NCBI GenBank assembly: GCA_040222015.1
Contig: JAVJWO010000170.1
Location: 1 to 64,000 of the forward strand
Direction: 5' to 3'
Length of the DNA stretch: 64,000 nt
Source of the DNA: Coleofasciculus chthonoplastes F2-STO-03
GTDB taxonomy: Bacteria > Cyanobacteriota > Cyanobacteriia > Cyanobacteriales > Coleofasciculaceae
Below, in pieces: positions 1-9,044 of the stretch. The position numbers and the translations under genes were made by a program. The stretch's first letter is position 1. Every line of letters begins with the position of its first letter. The notes below the pieces were generated by a model, which did no database searches, was not told the DNA's origin, and saw only the letters and a list, made by a program, of their open reading frames with translations.

Positions 1-166
1 GTACCATTACGCTTAGGGAGACAAGCCCTCTGGGGTTATCTAAGTTAGGCTCAATACTTGGTGGTTTTCTACGGGTATTTGGTTTAAGTATTGCCGCAAG
101 GATAGATAGCTATAAGGTGTGTCGTGGAACTAAGAATCCCCGTACTTATAGGACGGGGAGTGTCAA
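1..166 (+). mobile_element. Right end of an IS200/IS605-family (TnpB-type) element, including 3' omega-RNA scaffold region; the element continues left of the window
   Basis: AAGAATCCCCGT-ACTTATAGG-ACGGGGAGTGTCAA: subterminal hairpin TCCCCGT(137-143)/ACGGGGA(153-159) followed by terminal TCAA (163-166), typical of cyanobacterial tnpB right ends; nested stems upstream (35-42/103-110, 52-59/86-93). Confidence 0.72.
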
Positions 167-250
167 TATGGATGAGGTTAATCCGTCGATTGATCGGATA
201 ACCTAGAAGTAGATAAAGTACTTACGTGGAATAGAGATAAATAACCAACC

Positions 251-547
251 GTGATGAATGCCTTAGGACCTCGATTCTGGAAGTTAGCCTACCGCAAAGA
301 GCCGATTTCTAGCTTTATTGTCACTGTCGGCGCTGTCGATGCCGTCATTGGCGGAGTTGGTGAACGCTGGTCACTGCTAACATTTGGGTTAATGATGGTC
401 ATGTTAGCTGTAGGTTTACGCTGGTGGCAAAGCCAACGTCGCCAAACAGAACTAGCTGAACAACCCGTAACCCATTATCTGCCATCAAGTCCTTCCCGTC
501 CACCCTTACCGATGCTCAGTACCAGCAAGCGTCATCCCCATCGCTGA
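251..547 (+). CDS. Small cyanobacterial membrane protein, hypothetical
   Basis: 98 aa with two hydrophobic segments (YRKEPISSFIVTVGAVDAVIGG; WSLLTFGLMMVMLAVGLRWW) and a Pro-rich tail. Confidence 0.7.
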   Translation: MMNALGPRFWKLAYRKEPISSFIVTVGAVDAVIGGVGERWSLLTFGLMMVMLAVGLRWWQSQRRQTELAEQPVTHYLPSSPSRPPLPMLSTSKRHPHR

Positions 548-623
548 TGCTTCTGTCTTAACCTTTATGGCAACCGCTATAATTTTTCGGGAAACTCAAG
601 AAGACAGAGGCGGATTGGCGGGA

Positions 624-1049
624 ATGACGAGCAAAACAAGATTAGAGCGATTGTATAAAATTGGCGAAGTTGCTAATCAAAGTGGATTATCGGTAAAAAC
701 GATTCGGTATTACGAAGAAGTGGGTTTACTGACGCCAACAACAACCCGTTCCGAATCAGGTTATCGCCTGTTTACCGAACAAACCCTGAATCGGTTAGCC
801 TTTATCAAGCGATCGCAATCCCTCGGACTTAGCCTGAGTGAAATCCACGAAATCCTTGAGGTTCACGACTCCGGGGAATTACCCTGTGGTGCAGTGAAGC
901 AACACTTGCTGCATAAAGTCGAGGAAATTAACCAGCAAATTCAAGCCCTAGAACTACTTCAGTCAGAGCTTTTAGGCTTACTCTCAGGATGGCAAGAGCA
1001 GCCGCCTTGCGATCGCGTCGCTGAAACGATCTGCCCAAACATTCAATGA
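624..1049 (+). CDS. MerR-family heavy-metal-responsive transcriptional regulator
   Basis: KIGEVANQSGLSVKTIRYYEEVGLL...SGYRLF HTH, LGLSLSEI, Cys at LPC and ICPNI; ATG at 624 preferred over 567. Confidence 0.9.
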   Translation: MTSKTRLERLYKIGEVANQSGLSVKTIRYYEEVGLLTPTTTRSESGYRLFTEQTLNRLAFIKRSQSLGLSLSEIHEILEVHDSGELPCGAVKQHLLHKVEEINQQIQALELLQSELLGLLSGWQEQPPCDRVAETICPNIQ

Positions 1050-1059
1050 ATTATGATAA

Positions 1060-1101
1060 TTCCCTGTTCCCTGTTCCCTGTTCCCTGTTCCCTGTTCCCT
1101 G
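1060..1101. repeat. Heptamer STRR (TTCCCTG)x6
   Basis: Six perfect tandem copies directly visible. Confidence 0.95.
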
Positions 1102-1105
1102 TCAA

Positions 1106-2242
1106 ATGATCAATAACAAAGGGGCAATTTTAATTTTAATCGGAGTCATGATAAGTTCGGCGACTATAAGCCATAAGGCAATAAGTCAGCCTTTACCTGT
1201 ACCCGCTGCGCCACCACGTCCGGAAAATCCTGCCCAACCGCCGCCTCCTACACCAACCAATCCACTCAATCCCGATAATTTATCTCCACCTCAACCTTTC
1301 TCCTCTCCTGAAGCCTGGAGAAATCCGCGACTAATTTACACCTTTACAGGTCATAACACAGCCGTTGATTCGTTGTTCTTTAGCCTTGATGGAACAATTC
1401 TAATTAGCGGCGGTAGTCGTAACGATGGCAAAATTAAATTCTGGCAGCTAAAAACAGGTCGAGAAATCGACAGCCTGCGAGCGCAACGAACTTCAGTATC
1501 TGTCCTAGGTTTATCACCCGATGGAGAAACCTTGGTCAGTTCGGGTACAGATTCTGCGGTTAATCTTTGGAACTGGAGAACCGGAGACTATATCCATCAG
1601 TTTCGTGATCATACCAGCAATGTTTTATCCTTGGCAATTACGCCAGATGGTCGCACCTTAGTCACAGGCGCTTTAGATGGAATTCGACTATGGGATTTAA
1701 CCAAACAACGTCGAATGTACACCTTAGCGCGTTTCGATAACCAGACCTATGGACTGGCGATTCACCCAGATGGAGATATCCTGGCAAGTGGTCATAAGTT
1801 TGGTTCAATTAAACTCTGGAATGTAAACACAGGACAGTCACTCAATCGGATTAGCGCCCATCGTGGTTCAGTTAATGCCTTGGCGTTTACACCCGATGGA
1901 CAAACATTAGTCAGTGGTAGTTATGATCGCACGATTAAAGTCTGGAATCTCAGCACTGGACAATTAGCACAGACTCTTTCGGGACATACTGGGCGAGTCT
2001 GGGCTGTGGCGATTAACCCCGATGGTGAAACCCTGGCAAGTGCCAGCCGTGACGGGGTGCGGTTATGGAATTTAAGAACCGGTGAACTGTTAGCGTTACT
2101 GACAGCCCATGAAGATTGGGTGCATTCCGTTGCCTTTAACCGGGATGGTACACTCCTAGCAACGGGTGGATTTGATCGGCAAATCATGATTTGGCAAATT
2201 TCTTCCGTGAGTGGTGAAGAGTTGGCACAACGTTCTCAGTAG
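1106..2242 (+). CDS. WD40-repeat protein with N-terminal hydrophobic signal/anchor and Pro-rich linker
   Basis: About 7 repeats of GH...V..LAF/ISPDG.TLVSGS.D.TIKLW; ATG at 1106 after the STRR preferred over 1046. Confidence 0.92.
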   Translation: MINNKGAILILIGVMISSATISHKAISQPLPVPAAPPRPENPAQPPPPTPTNPLNPDNLSPPQPFSSPEAWRNPRLIYTFTGHNTAVDSLFFSLDGTILISGGSRNDGKIKFWQLKTGREIDSLRAQRTSVSVLGLSPDGETLVSSGTDSAVNLWNWRTGDYIHQFRDHTSNVLSLAITPDGRTLVTGALDGIRLWDLTKQRRMYTLARFDNQTYGLAIHPDGDILASGHKFGSIKLWNVNTGQSLNRISAHRGSVNALAFTPDGQTLVSGSYDRTIKVWNLSTGQLAQTLSGHTGRVWAVAINPDGETLASASRDGVRLWNLRTGELLALLTAHEDWVHSVAFNRDGTLLATGGFDRQIMIWQISSVSGEELAQRSQ

Positions 2243-2266
2243 AGGCTTGGTTACCAAGCCCCTACT
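2238..2266. repeat. GTAG-type REP-like hairpin overlapping the WD40 stop codon; possible terminator
   Basis: AGTAGAGGCTTGGT-T-ACCAAGCCCCTACT, near-perfect inverted repeat. Confidence 0.65.
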
Positions 2267-2555
2267 TCACCCCGTCAAATGTCAAGCCTAGAGCCACCTA
2301 AGATTTCCCACGTACAGCCGTTTTCACTTAAAGGAAATCTAGTATAAACTAGAGGACGAACGCTATAAAAGCTTAGCTGACGATAAAGCCAAGTTAATCT
2401 TGGGAAAAGAAAAGCTAATCAGCCGGAGCAAACGACGCTCACAGAAGACGCGATCGCGAATCATCCAAGGGTCTGTTGTGAGTAAAACAGTAAACGGAAA
2501 AAGTCAAGCAAAATTAATTTTTCTTCAGAAATAACCATCTGATCAGCAGGCTAAG

Positions 2556-5500
2556 TTGCTTCTGTTCGTCCGTTTTGATGTCAAAACATTTAACCCTAGA
2601 ACCTTGGTCTCTTGTTTTATTGATAATTCCGATAGTCTATCCATGGTGACGGTGATTGAGTTATGCCAAGCCCTCTGTGGAGAAATTAGACTACAGCCAT
2701 TGCTCTCCACCTTAATCCAGATAGCCTTTGAGACGACAGAGGCTCAAAGCGTGACCCTGATTTTGCCTCAGTCGGAGGGTTTAGTCATAGCGGCTAGGGG
2801 GGTAAGGGGTACGACTCCCACCATTTTGCCCCTGACTCCCATCGAATCCAGCCCGGAGATTCCCCTGATGCTGGTTGAATATGTATGGCATCATCCAGAT
2901 ATTTTGATTGTCTCAGATGATACGACAGATGTTAAACGATGGTCAACGATCGCACTGAATCCGGGAGATGAGGGAGAAGAGGGCGGATTTAGTACCATCA
3001 GGGCGGGAAAAAACGATAATAGTGAAACCCGCCCCTATAATCCATGCTCTCGAGGGCAGCAAAGGGTCAACAACCAACAATCAACACCTCCCCAACTGAG
3101 TGTATTATGTGCGCCATTAACAGTTGGTAATCAGGGAATTGGTATTCTTTACCTAGAAAATAATCAAGCCAGAGGCGTATTTACGTGCGATCGCCTAACT
3201 CTTGTCCAACTCCTGTGTGTCCAAGCTGGATCTGCCCTCAAAAATGCCCAAGCCTACGAATCCCTGGAAAACTATGCACGAAACCTGGAGAAAACAGTAG
3301 AACAGCAACAGCAACTGTTACAAAACAATACATCATTTTCTCCTTCTATTGTTGAAGATCAAAGCGAACTCATTTGTCGGTACAGCGCTGATGGCAAACT
3401 CACCTTTGTCAACGAAGTCTATTGTCGCTATTTTAGCAAAACTCCCGAAGAACTCATCGGGTATCATTTTTTTCCTCTGATTTATCCTGACGATCAGATC
3501 AGAATCGAAAACTGTATCGCTAGCTTGACTCCAGATAATCCCGTCAATACAGTCGAACACCGGGTCATTCTAGAAGGGGATAAAATCCGTTGGCAACAAT
3601 GGAGTAATCGGGCTATCTTTGATCAGCAAGGTCGATTACTGGAATTCCAGGCAGTCGGACGAGATATCACGGATTGTAAATTAACCGAAGAACGACTGCG
3701 CCATAGTGAAACCCGACTCAACACAATCATTACCAGCACCTGCGACGGGCTTATGATCGTCGATCAACAAGGTCGAGTTCGGTTCGCTAACCCTGCTGCT
3801 GCCAATCTATTAAATCAGGAAATGGAGCAGTTAATCAATTATCACTTTGGACTGCCGATTAGTGTCAATCAAACGACTGAATTGGGACTAATTGGTGCTG
3901 ATAAACAACTCAGGTTTGCTGAAATGAGTGTGGTGGAAACTGAATGGGACGGTGAGTCAGTTTTTGAGATTTGCTTACGGGATGTCACTGAACGTCACCA
4001 CGCTGAAGCCGCATTACGGGAAAGTGAAGAACGCTTCCGGGCAATTTTTGAACAAGCTGCTGTAGGGATTGCTTTAGGTACACCATCAGGACATTTCATT
4101 CGAGTCAATCAACGATTTTGTGATTTAGTTGGATATGAGGCGTCTGAATTATTAGAACTCAGTTTCTCAGAACTGACTCATCCGGATGATCGAGAAACTG
4201 CACTCAATGATTTAACTCAGTTATTGGTCGGTCAAAAATCGACCTATTATCGAGAGAAACGCTTTATTCGTAAAGAGGGTCAGTGGCAATGGGTGAATAT
4301 TTCTGTATCCTTGGTACGCACTTGGACAGATGCTCCCAATTATATTATTGGTGTGGTTGAAGATATCCAACAGCGCAAGCAAACCGAAGCCGCCTTGCAA
4401 CAGGCATTAGATGCTGCAGAAGCGGCAAACCGAGGGAAAAGTGAGTTCTTGGCGAATATGAGTCATGAACTACGTACTCCTCTCAATGCTATTTTGGGCT
4501 TTACTCAACTCATGGCACGGGATGCGTCTCTCAAGCCAGATCAGCTAAATTATGTGGGCATTATTACCCGTTCCGGTGAACATTTGCTGGATTTGATTAA
4601 TAATGTCCTGAATATGTCCAAAATTGAGGCAGGTAGGATTTCACTGTCAGAAAATAGCTTTAATCTTTATAGTTTGATTAATTCAATTGCCGATATGTTG
4701 CGCCTGAAAGCTCAATCTAAAGGGCTACAACTGATAGTTGATCGCACCGCGAATGTGCCGCACTATGGGGTAACCGATGAGGGTAAATTGCGGCAAATTC
4801 TGATTAATTTAGTTGGCAATGCCGTGAAATTTACCTCACAAGGTCAGGTAATTTTGCGGGTGCGAGAACTCTCTGATCCGGTAATCCCCTCACTCAACCA
4901 AAATTCTCAAACCCGTCTGTTTTTTGAAGTTGAAGATACAGGGGTTGGCATTCCTTCTGATGAACTATATACCCTATTTCATGCTTTTGTACAAACCAAA
5001 ACCAGTCAGCGATCGCACTCGGGAACAGGTTTAGGTTTAGCCATTAGTCGTCGGTTTGTCCAGTTGATGGGAGGCGATATCACCATCGATAGTACTCCCG
5101 GTCAAGGTACAATAGTAAAATTTGATATCCCCATTGGCATTGTTCCCCAAGACCAAATTCCTCGCCCATCCTTAAGTCAGCAGGTTATTGGCATTGCCCC
5201 CGATCAACCCAGCTATCGGATTTTAGTGGTTGAGGATCAATGGACAAATCGCCAAGCTCTGGTTAAGTTTCTGGAATCCCTCGGATTAGATGTGCGAGAA
5301 GCTGAGAATGGTCAAGTTGCTGTCGCTATCTGGGAAAAATGGCATCCTGATTTGATTTGGCTGGATATGCGAATGCCTGTAATGGATGGGTATGAAGTAA
5401 CCAAAATGATTAAATCTCATCATCGGGGAAAAACAACCGTGATTGTTGCCTTAACCGCTAGCGCATTTGATGAAGAACGCACCACTATTTTAGAGGTAGG

Positions 5501-5831
5501 TTGTGATGATTTTGTCGCCAAGCCCTTCCGAACGGATACCATTTTAGAGAAAATGGAACAACATTTAGGACTCCGTTATCGCTATGAAAATGCTACCCCA
5601 TCCCCATCCGATACCGATACACCGATATTAACCCCTGAGGATTTAAAGGTGATGCCGACGAATTGGATTGCCCAGTTGCACCAAGCCGCAATCCAGCTCA
5701 ATAGCAAGCAGATTATTCAGCTTATCCAACAAATTCCCCCAGAACAGAGGTTATTCGCTAAGGCATTAACCAATTTAGTTAATAATTTTCGTTGTGATGT
5801 CATTATGGATATAGCGCAAAAGGCTAAGTAG
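2556..5831 (+). CDS. Hybrid sensor histidine kinase (GAF-PAS-PAS-PAS-HisKA-HATPase-REC)
   Basis: GAF (LCAPL..GILYLEN), three PAS/PAC units, H-box SHELRTPLN, N-box NLVGNAVKFT, GTGLGLAI, receiver DLIWLDMRMP; start uncertain (2556 TTG or 2643 ATG). Confidence 0.93.
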   Translation: MLLFVRFDVKTFNPRTLVSCFIDNSDSLSMVTVIELCQALCGEIRLQPLLSTLIQIAFETTEAQSVTLILPQSEGLVIAARGVRGTTPTILPLTPIESSPEIPLMLVEYVWHHPDILIVSDDTTDVKRWSTIALNPGDEGEEGGFSTIRAGKNDNSETRPYNPCSRGQQRVNNQQSTPPQLSVLCAPLTVGNQGIGILYLENNQARGVFTCDRLTLVQLLCVQAGSALKNAQAYESLENYARNLEKTVEQQQQLLQNNTSFSPSIVEDQSELICRYSADGKLTFVNEVYCRYFSKTPEELIGYHFFPLIYPDDQIRIENCIASLTPDNPVNTVEHRVILEGDKIRWQQWSNRAIFDQQGRLLEFQAVGRDITDCKLTEERLRHSETRLNTIITSTCDGLMIVDQQGRVRFANPAAANLLNQEMEQLINYHFGLPISVNQTTELGLIGADKQLRFAEMSVVETEWDGESVFEICLRDVTERHHAEAALRESEERFRAIFEQAAVGIALGTPSGHFIRVNQRFCDLVGYEASELLELSFSELTHPDDRETALNDLTQLLVGQKSTYYREKRFIRKEGQWQWVNISVSLVRTWTDAPNYIIGVVEDIQQRKQTEAALQQALDAAEAANRGKSEFLANMSHELRTPLNAILGFTQLMARDASLKPDQLNYVGIITRSGEHLLDLINNVLNMSKIEAGRISLSENSFNLYSLINSIADMLRLKAQSKGLQLIVDRTANVPHYGVTDEGKLRQILINLVGNAVKFTSQGQVILRVRELSDPVIPSLNQNSQTRLFFEVEDTGVGIPSDELYTLFHAFVQTKTSQRSHSGTGLGLAISRRFVQLMGGDITIDSTPGQGTIVKFDIPIGIVPQDQIPRPSLSQQVIGIAPDQPSYRILVVEDQWTNRQALVKFLESLGLDVREAENGQVAVAIWEKWHPDLIWLDMRMPVMDGYEVTKMIKSHHRGKTTVIVALTASAFDEERTTILEVGCDDFVAKPFRTDTILEKMEQHLGLRYRYENATPSPSDTDTPILTPEDLKVMPTNWIAQLHQAAIQLNSKQIIQLIQQIPPEQRLFAKALTNLVNNFRCDVIMDIAQKAK
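2978..3038. repeat. REP-like palindromic element inserted in frame within the kinase GAF domain
   Basis: AGAGGGCGGATTTAG...GTGAAACCCGCCCCTAT; same family as 7383, 8902, 11027, 13447 and 61302. Confidence 0.8.
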
Positions 5832-5898
5832 GTGGGAAACATTAAAGTGAACGACTGTGATCGTCATTTGTAATTCGTCCTTTGCTCCCCCAGCTTCC

Positions 5899-5950
5899 AG
5901 ACGTAGCATGCTACGTCTCTACATTACCCAGACGTCGCTACGTCTCTACA
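5899..5950. repeat. Two tandem GTAG-type REP-like palindromes (GTAGAGACGTAGCATGCTACGTCT on the minus strand)
   Basis: Perfect 20-bp palindrome AGACGTAGCATGCTACGTCT (5899-5918) plus CTAC; a second, degenerate copy at 5930-5950. Confidence 0.8.
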
Positions 5951-5983
5951 ACCCCACCTCCCCCTTGGCAGCCAGACTTACTT

Positions 5984-7291
5984 ATGAACAGTTATCAGCC
6001 AAAAACCGCAAAAGGAATTATTTTAATCGTTGATGATACACCCGATAGCTTACGTCTGTTGGAAGCCGCACTGACACGATATGGGTATGAAGTTCGCAGT
6101 ACAGTCAACGGTGGTATGGCATTAACGGCAGCAAAAGCGGTAGCCCCGGATCTGATTTTGTTGGACATTAAAATGCCCGACATGAATGGCTATGACGTTT
6201 GCTCAGCCTTAAAAGCGTCACCCGTCACTCGTGATATTCCGATAATTTTTATTAGCGCCTTAGATGAAGTCTTTGATAAAGTCAAAGCCTTTGCCTTGGG
6301 AGGGGCTGACTATATTACTAAACCTTTTCAATTTGAAGAAGTTTTGGCGCGTGTCGATCATCAACTGACGATTCGTCAACTTACCCAGGATTTAGAGCAA
6401 CGAGTTGAAGAACGAACCGCCCAATTAAAACAAACCTTACAGGATTTACAACAAGCCCAAGTTCAGCTTATACAGGTGGAAAAGATGGCAACACTGGGTC
6501 AACTGGTAGCCGCCGTAGCCCATGAAATTAACAATCCTGTAGGGTTTATTAATGGAAATCTCAGTTGTGCCAAGGATTATACGAACGATCTGATTTCCCT
6601 GGTGCGTCTGTATCAAGACAAATTTCCCCATCCCGGAACTGAAATCGAACAAGAAAGTCAAAATATTGAACTTGATTATTTGATTGAAGATCTGCCCAGT
6701 ATTTTATCCTCAATGAAAAAAGGAGTTGATCGTCTCTTTCAGTTAAGTATCTCTTTGCGAACCTTTTCTCGTTTGGATGCTCATACCAAGGTAGTCTTTA
6801 ACATCCATGATGGAATCGAGAGTACACTATTAATTTTAAAGCACCGCCTTAAGGCAAATGATAAACGTCCAGCAATCGAAGTGATTAAAAACTACGGCGA
6901 ATTACCGCCTATTGAGTGTTATCCTGGGCAATTAAACCAAGTTTTTATGAATCTTATTGCTAATGCGATAGATGCATTAGATGAATTACAGACAAAGAAG
7001 TCCGAGGAATTGAATAAAGACTATCTGCCTCAAATTAAAATTGATACCGACATTCAGTACGATAAAGAAACTGTTATTATTCGGATTTGCGACAATGGAA
7101 TAGGAATGCCAAGTCAGGTAAAAGAATGCATCTTTGATAATTTTTTTACCACCAAGCCCGTGGGCAAAGGAACGGGTTTAGGCTTATCGATTGCGCGTCA
7201 GATTGTAGTCGAAAAGCATGGAGGTTCCCTGGATTTTAGTTCCGCATTAGAGCAAGGAACCGAGTTTGTGATTGAGTTGCCCATGTCATAA
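5984..7291 (+). CDS. Hybrid response regulator/histidine kinase (REC-HisKA-HATPase)
   Basis: ILIVDD..PDLILLDIKMP receiver, H-box VAHEINNP, NQVFMNLIANAIDA, FFTTKPVGKGTGLGLSI; ATG at 5984 preferred because the upstream extension is REP-derived. Confidence 0.93.
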   Translation: MNSYQPKTAKGIILIVDDTPDSLRLLEAALTRYGYEVRSTVNGGMALTAAKAVAPDLILLDIKMPDMNGYDVCSALKASPVTRDIPIIFISALDEVFDKVKAFALGGADYITKPFQFEEVLARVDHQLTIRQLTQDLEQRVEERTAQLKQTLQDLQQAQVQLIQVEKMATLGQLVAAVAHEINNPVGFINGNLSCAKDYTNDLISLVRLYQDKFPHPGTEIEQESQNIELDYLIEDLPSILSSMKKGVDRLFQLSISLRTFSRLDAHTKVVFNIHDGIESTLLILKHRLKANDKRPAIEVIKNYGELPPIECYPGQLNQVFMNLIANAIDALDELQTKKSEELNKDYLPQIKIDTDIQYDKETVIIRICDNGIGMPSQVKECIFDNFFTTKPVGKGTGLGLSIARQIVVEKHGGSLDFSSALEQGTEFVIELPMS

Positions 7292-7305
7292 GTCGTCTTT
7301 TGGTC

Positions 7306-7373
7306 TGTCATTTGTCATTTGTCATTTGTCATTTGTCATTTGTCATTTGTCATTTGTCATTTGTCATTTGTCA
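7306..7373. repeat. Heptamer STRR (TTTGTCA)x9
   Basis: Tandem copies directly visible. Confidence 0.95.
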
Positions 7374-7382
7374 ATTCACAAT

Positions 7383-7447
7383 TGTAGGGGCGGGTTTAGG
7401 GACTAAATTCTGCTAGTCACCGATAAATGAACAACAAAACCCGCCCT
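7383..7447. repeat. REP-like element GTAGGGGCGGGTTT...AAACCCGCCC
   Basis: Inverted arms with variable spacer. Confidence 0.85.
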
Positions 7448-7475
7448 GATTCATAACTTGTCACCCCTTCAGGGG

Positions 7476-7982
7476 TTAATTGTCTTGATGGAGGAAATTC
7501 GCGATCGCGTGATTAATCTGTGTGCGATCGCTCTTGTCTCGTCCAAACGCTGCCGCATGACCATAGACTGAGTTTAGCACCATAAGTTGGGCATGAGGAA
7601 TAAGTGCCGCTTCTGCAGTAACATCAGCGACAGCAAAATAAGCATCCGTGCGAATAGGTAGAAAAAGAATCTCTGCTTTTATACTTGCCAAAGCCTTTTC
7701 TAACGATTTATTCATACCGGGTGTCAAACTAACATCATGACTTGCCCAAGTCTGAAAGTGACAGAATAAGTCATTCGCATCTTTTTCATGATAGCGGGTG
7801 CGCCATTTTGCCAGAAATTCATCCAACGAATTTGCCTGAGTATCAGGATACCTTTGATACACCTGTAAAGAATAAAACTCTGGCGAAAAAGCCCAAGGTG
7901 CCCAAGCTTCAGACATACGCGAAAGTCCCAGCAACGGAGGTTCTGTATAATTGCCCTCCTGAAACGCCGGATCAGAGAACAA
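7476..7982 (-). pseudogene. C-terminal half of an alpha/beta hydrolase (homoserine O-acetyltransferase-like)
   Basis: SDPAFQEGNY, DANDL, DAYF and SVYGHAA catalytic-His region present; in-frame stops lie immediately upstream and the N-terminal nucleophile (GxSMG) region is absent. Confidence 0.68.
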
Positions 7983-8060
7983 GGACTATCAATTTGAGCT
8001 GCACACGAGCTTAATTACATATATTTTTTACAATAAAAATTTCATCAAATACTCTTAATT

Positions 8061-8104
8061 CCTCTGCGCCCCTCTGCGTTAACCTCTGCGTCCCTCTGCG
8101 TTAA
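8061..8104. repeat. CCTCTGCG short repeat cluster (4 copies)
   Basis: cctctgcgcc cctctgcgtt aa cctctgcgtc cctctgcgtt. Confidence 0.85.
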
Positions 8105-8198
8105 AAAATAAGTCTCAATCTCACCATTATTGGGAACCTTTACCTAAAAAATCAGTCAACTTTACACATAATCATCTTATTATGGCAGGCATATTTCC

Positions 8199-8888
8199 AT
8201 GTTAAATTATCGCTGGCAATCCAAACTAGCCGTACTGATGACGCTAGGCATAACCACGACAGCCTCACTTCCCATTCTCATCGCCATACCAGCAACAGCC
8301 AAACCCCAACCTTATCGTATCGGGCAACTGTTTCCCTCACAACCCACTCCAGTCACCCCTCGTTCTACACAGGTAAGCATACCATCAGGAACAACTATTG
8401 CCGTTAAATCTGAGGAAGCGGAAAAAATAGTCGTTACCCCCGATGAAACCGCACCAATCACCCTAACAATTACCCAGCCAATTCGTTCCTCAGCCGGAAC
8501 CGTTTTAATTCCCGCCGGGAGTCAAATTGAGGGAGAATTACGTCCCGTAGAAGGTGGTACTCAATTTATCGCTAAACAGCTAATCCTAAAAACCAATAAT
8601 CGAGAATTGCCGATTGAAGCGACATCAGCCATCATTACAGAAACAGAAACAATCGATAACGGAACTGATGTAAGTAGTATTCTCAAAAATGCCGCCATTG
8701 GTGCAGCCGCCGCCGGGGTTTTGTCAGAAATCTTTGGCGATATTGATTTAATTGAAGTTTTAGTCGGTGCTGGATTAGGCGCATTAAGCGGACTACTTTT
8801 AGGTGGAGGTGAAAAAGCGGAAGTTTTCGTGATTTACCCAGAAACCGATTTAGACTTAACCTTAGATAGCGAGTTAGTTCTTAGATAA
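8199..8888 (+). CDS. Exported cyanobacterial protein, hypothetical (S-layer-associated/TrbI-like fold with C-terminal glycine zipper)
   Basis: Signal-like N-terminus, IPSGTTI..LIPAGSQIEGELRP, AAIGAAAAG..GAGLGALSG. Confidence 0.7.
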   Translation: MLNYRWQSKLAVLMTLGITTTASLPILIAIPATAKPQPYRIGQLFPSQPTPVTPRSTQVSIPSGTTIAVKSEEAEKIVVTPDETAPITLTITQPIRSSAGTVLIPAGSQIEGELRPVEGGTQFIAKQLILKTNNRELPIEATSAIITETETIDNGTDVSSILKNAAIGAAAAGVLSEIFGDIDLIEVLVGAGLGALSGLLLGGGEKAEVFVIYPETDLDLTLDSELVLR

Positions 8889-8901
8889 GGCAGTGGTTAT
8901 T

Positions 8902-8963
8902 TGTAGGGGCGGGTTTTACGGTTATCGGTTGCGAGTAGACACAGATGTAAATAAACCCGCCCT
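8902..8963. repeat. REP-like element between convergent genes
   Basis: TGTAGGGGCGGGTTTT...AAACCCGCCCT. Confidence 0.85.
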
Positions 8964-9044
8964 TCCCCAAGGTTCATGCTAAGGTTCATCCAGAAATAGA
9001 ACGAATAACAAAGGACAAATGACGCATGACAAATAACCAATTCA

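Noticed and set aside
1046..1105. N-terminal extensions of ORFs at 1046 (SLFPVPC) and 5882 (DVACYVST)
   Set aside because: Translations of STRR/REP DNA; better ATGs at 1106 and 5984
7306..7373. Tandem repeats (also 1060, 24677, 59721, 61384, 63392) as CRISPR arrays
   Set aside because: 7-bp units with no unique spacers and no cas genes; ordinary cyanobacterial STRRs
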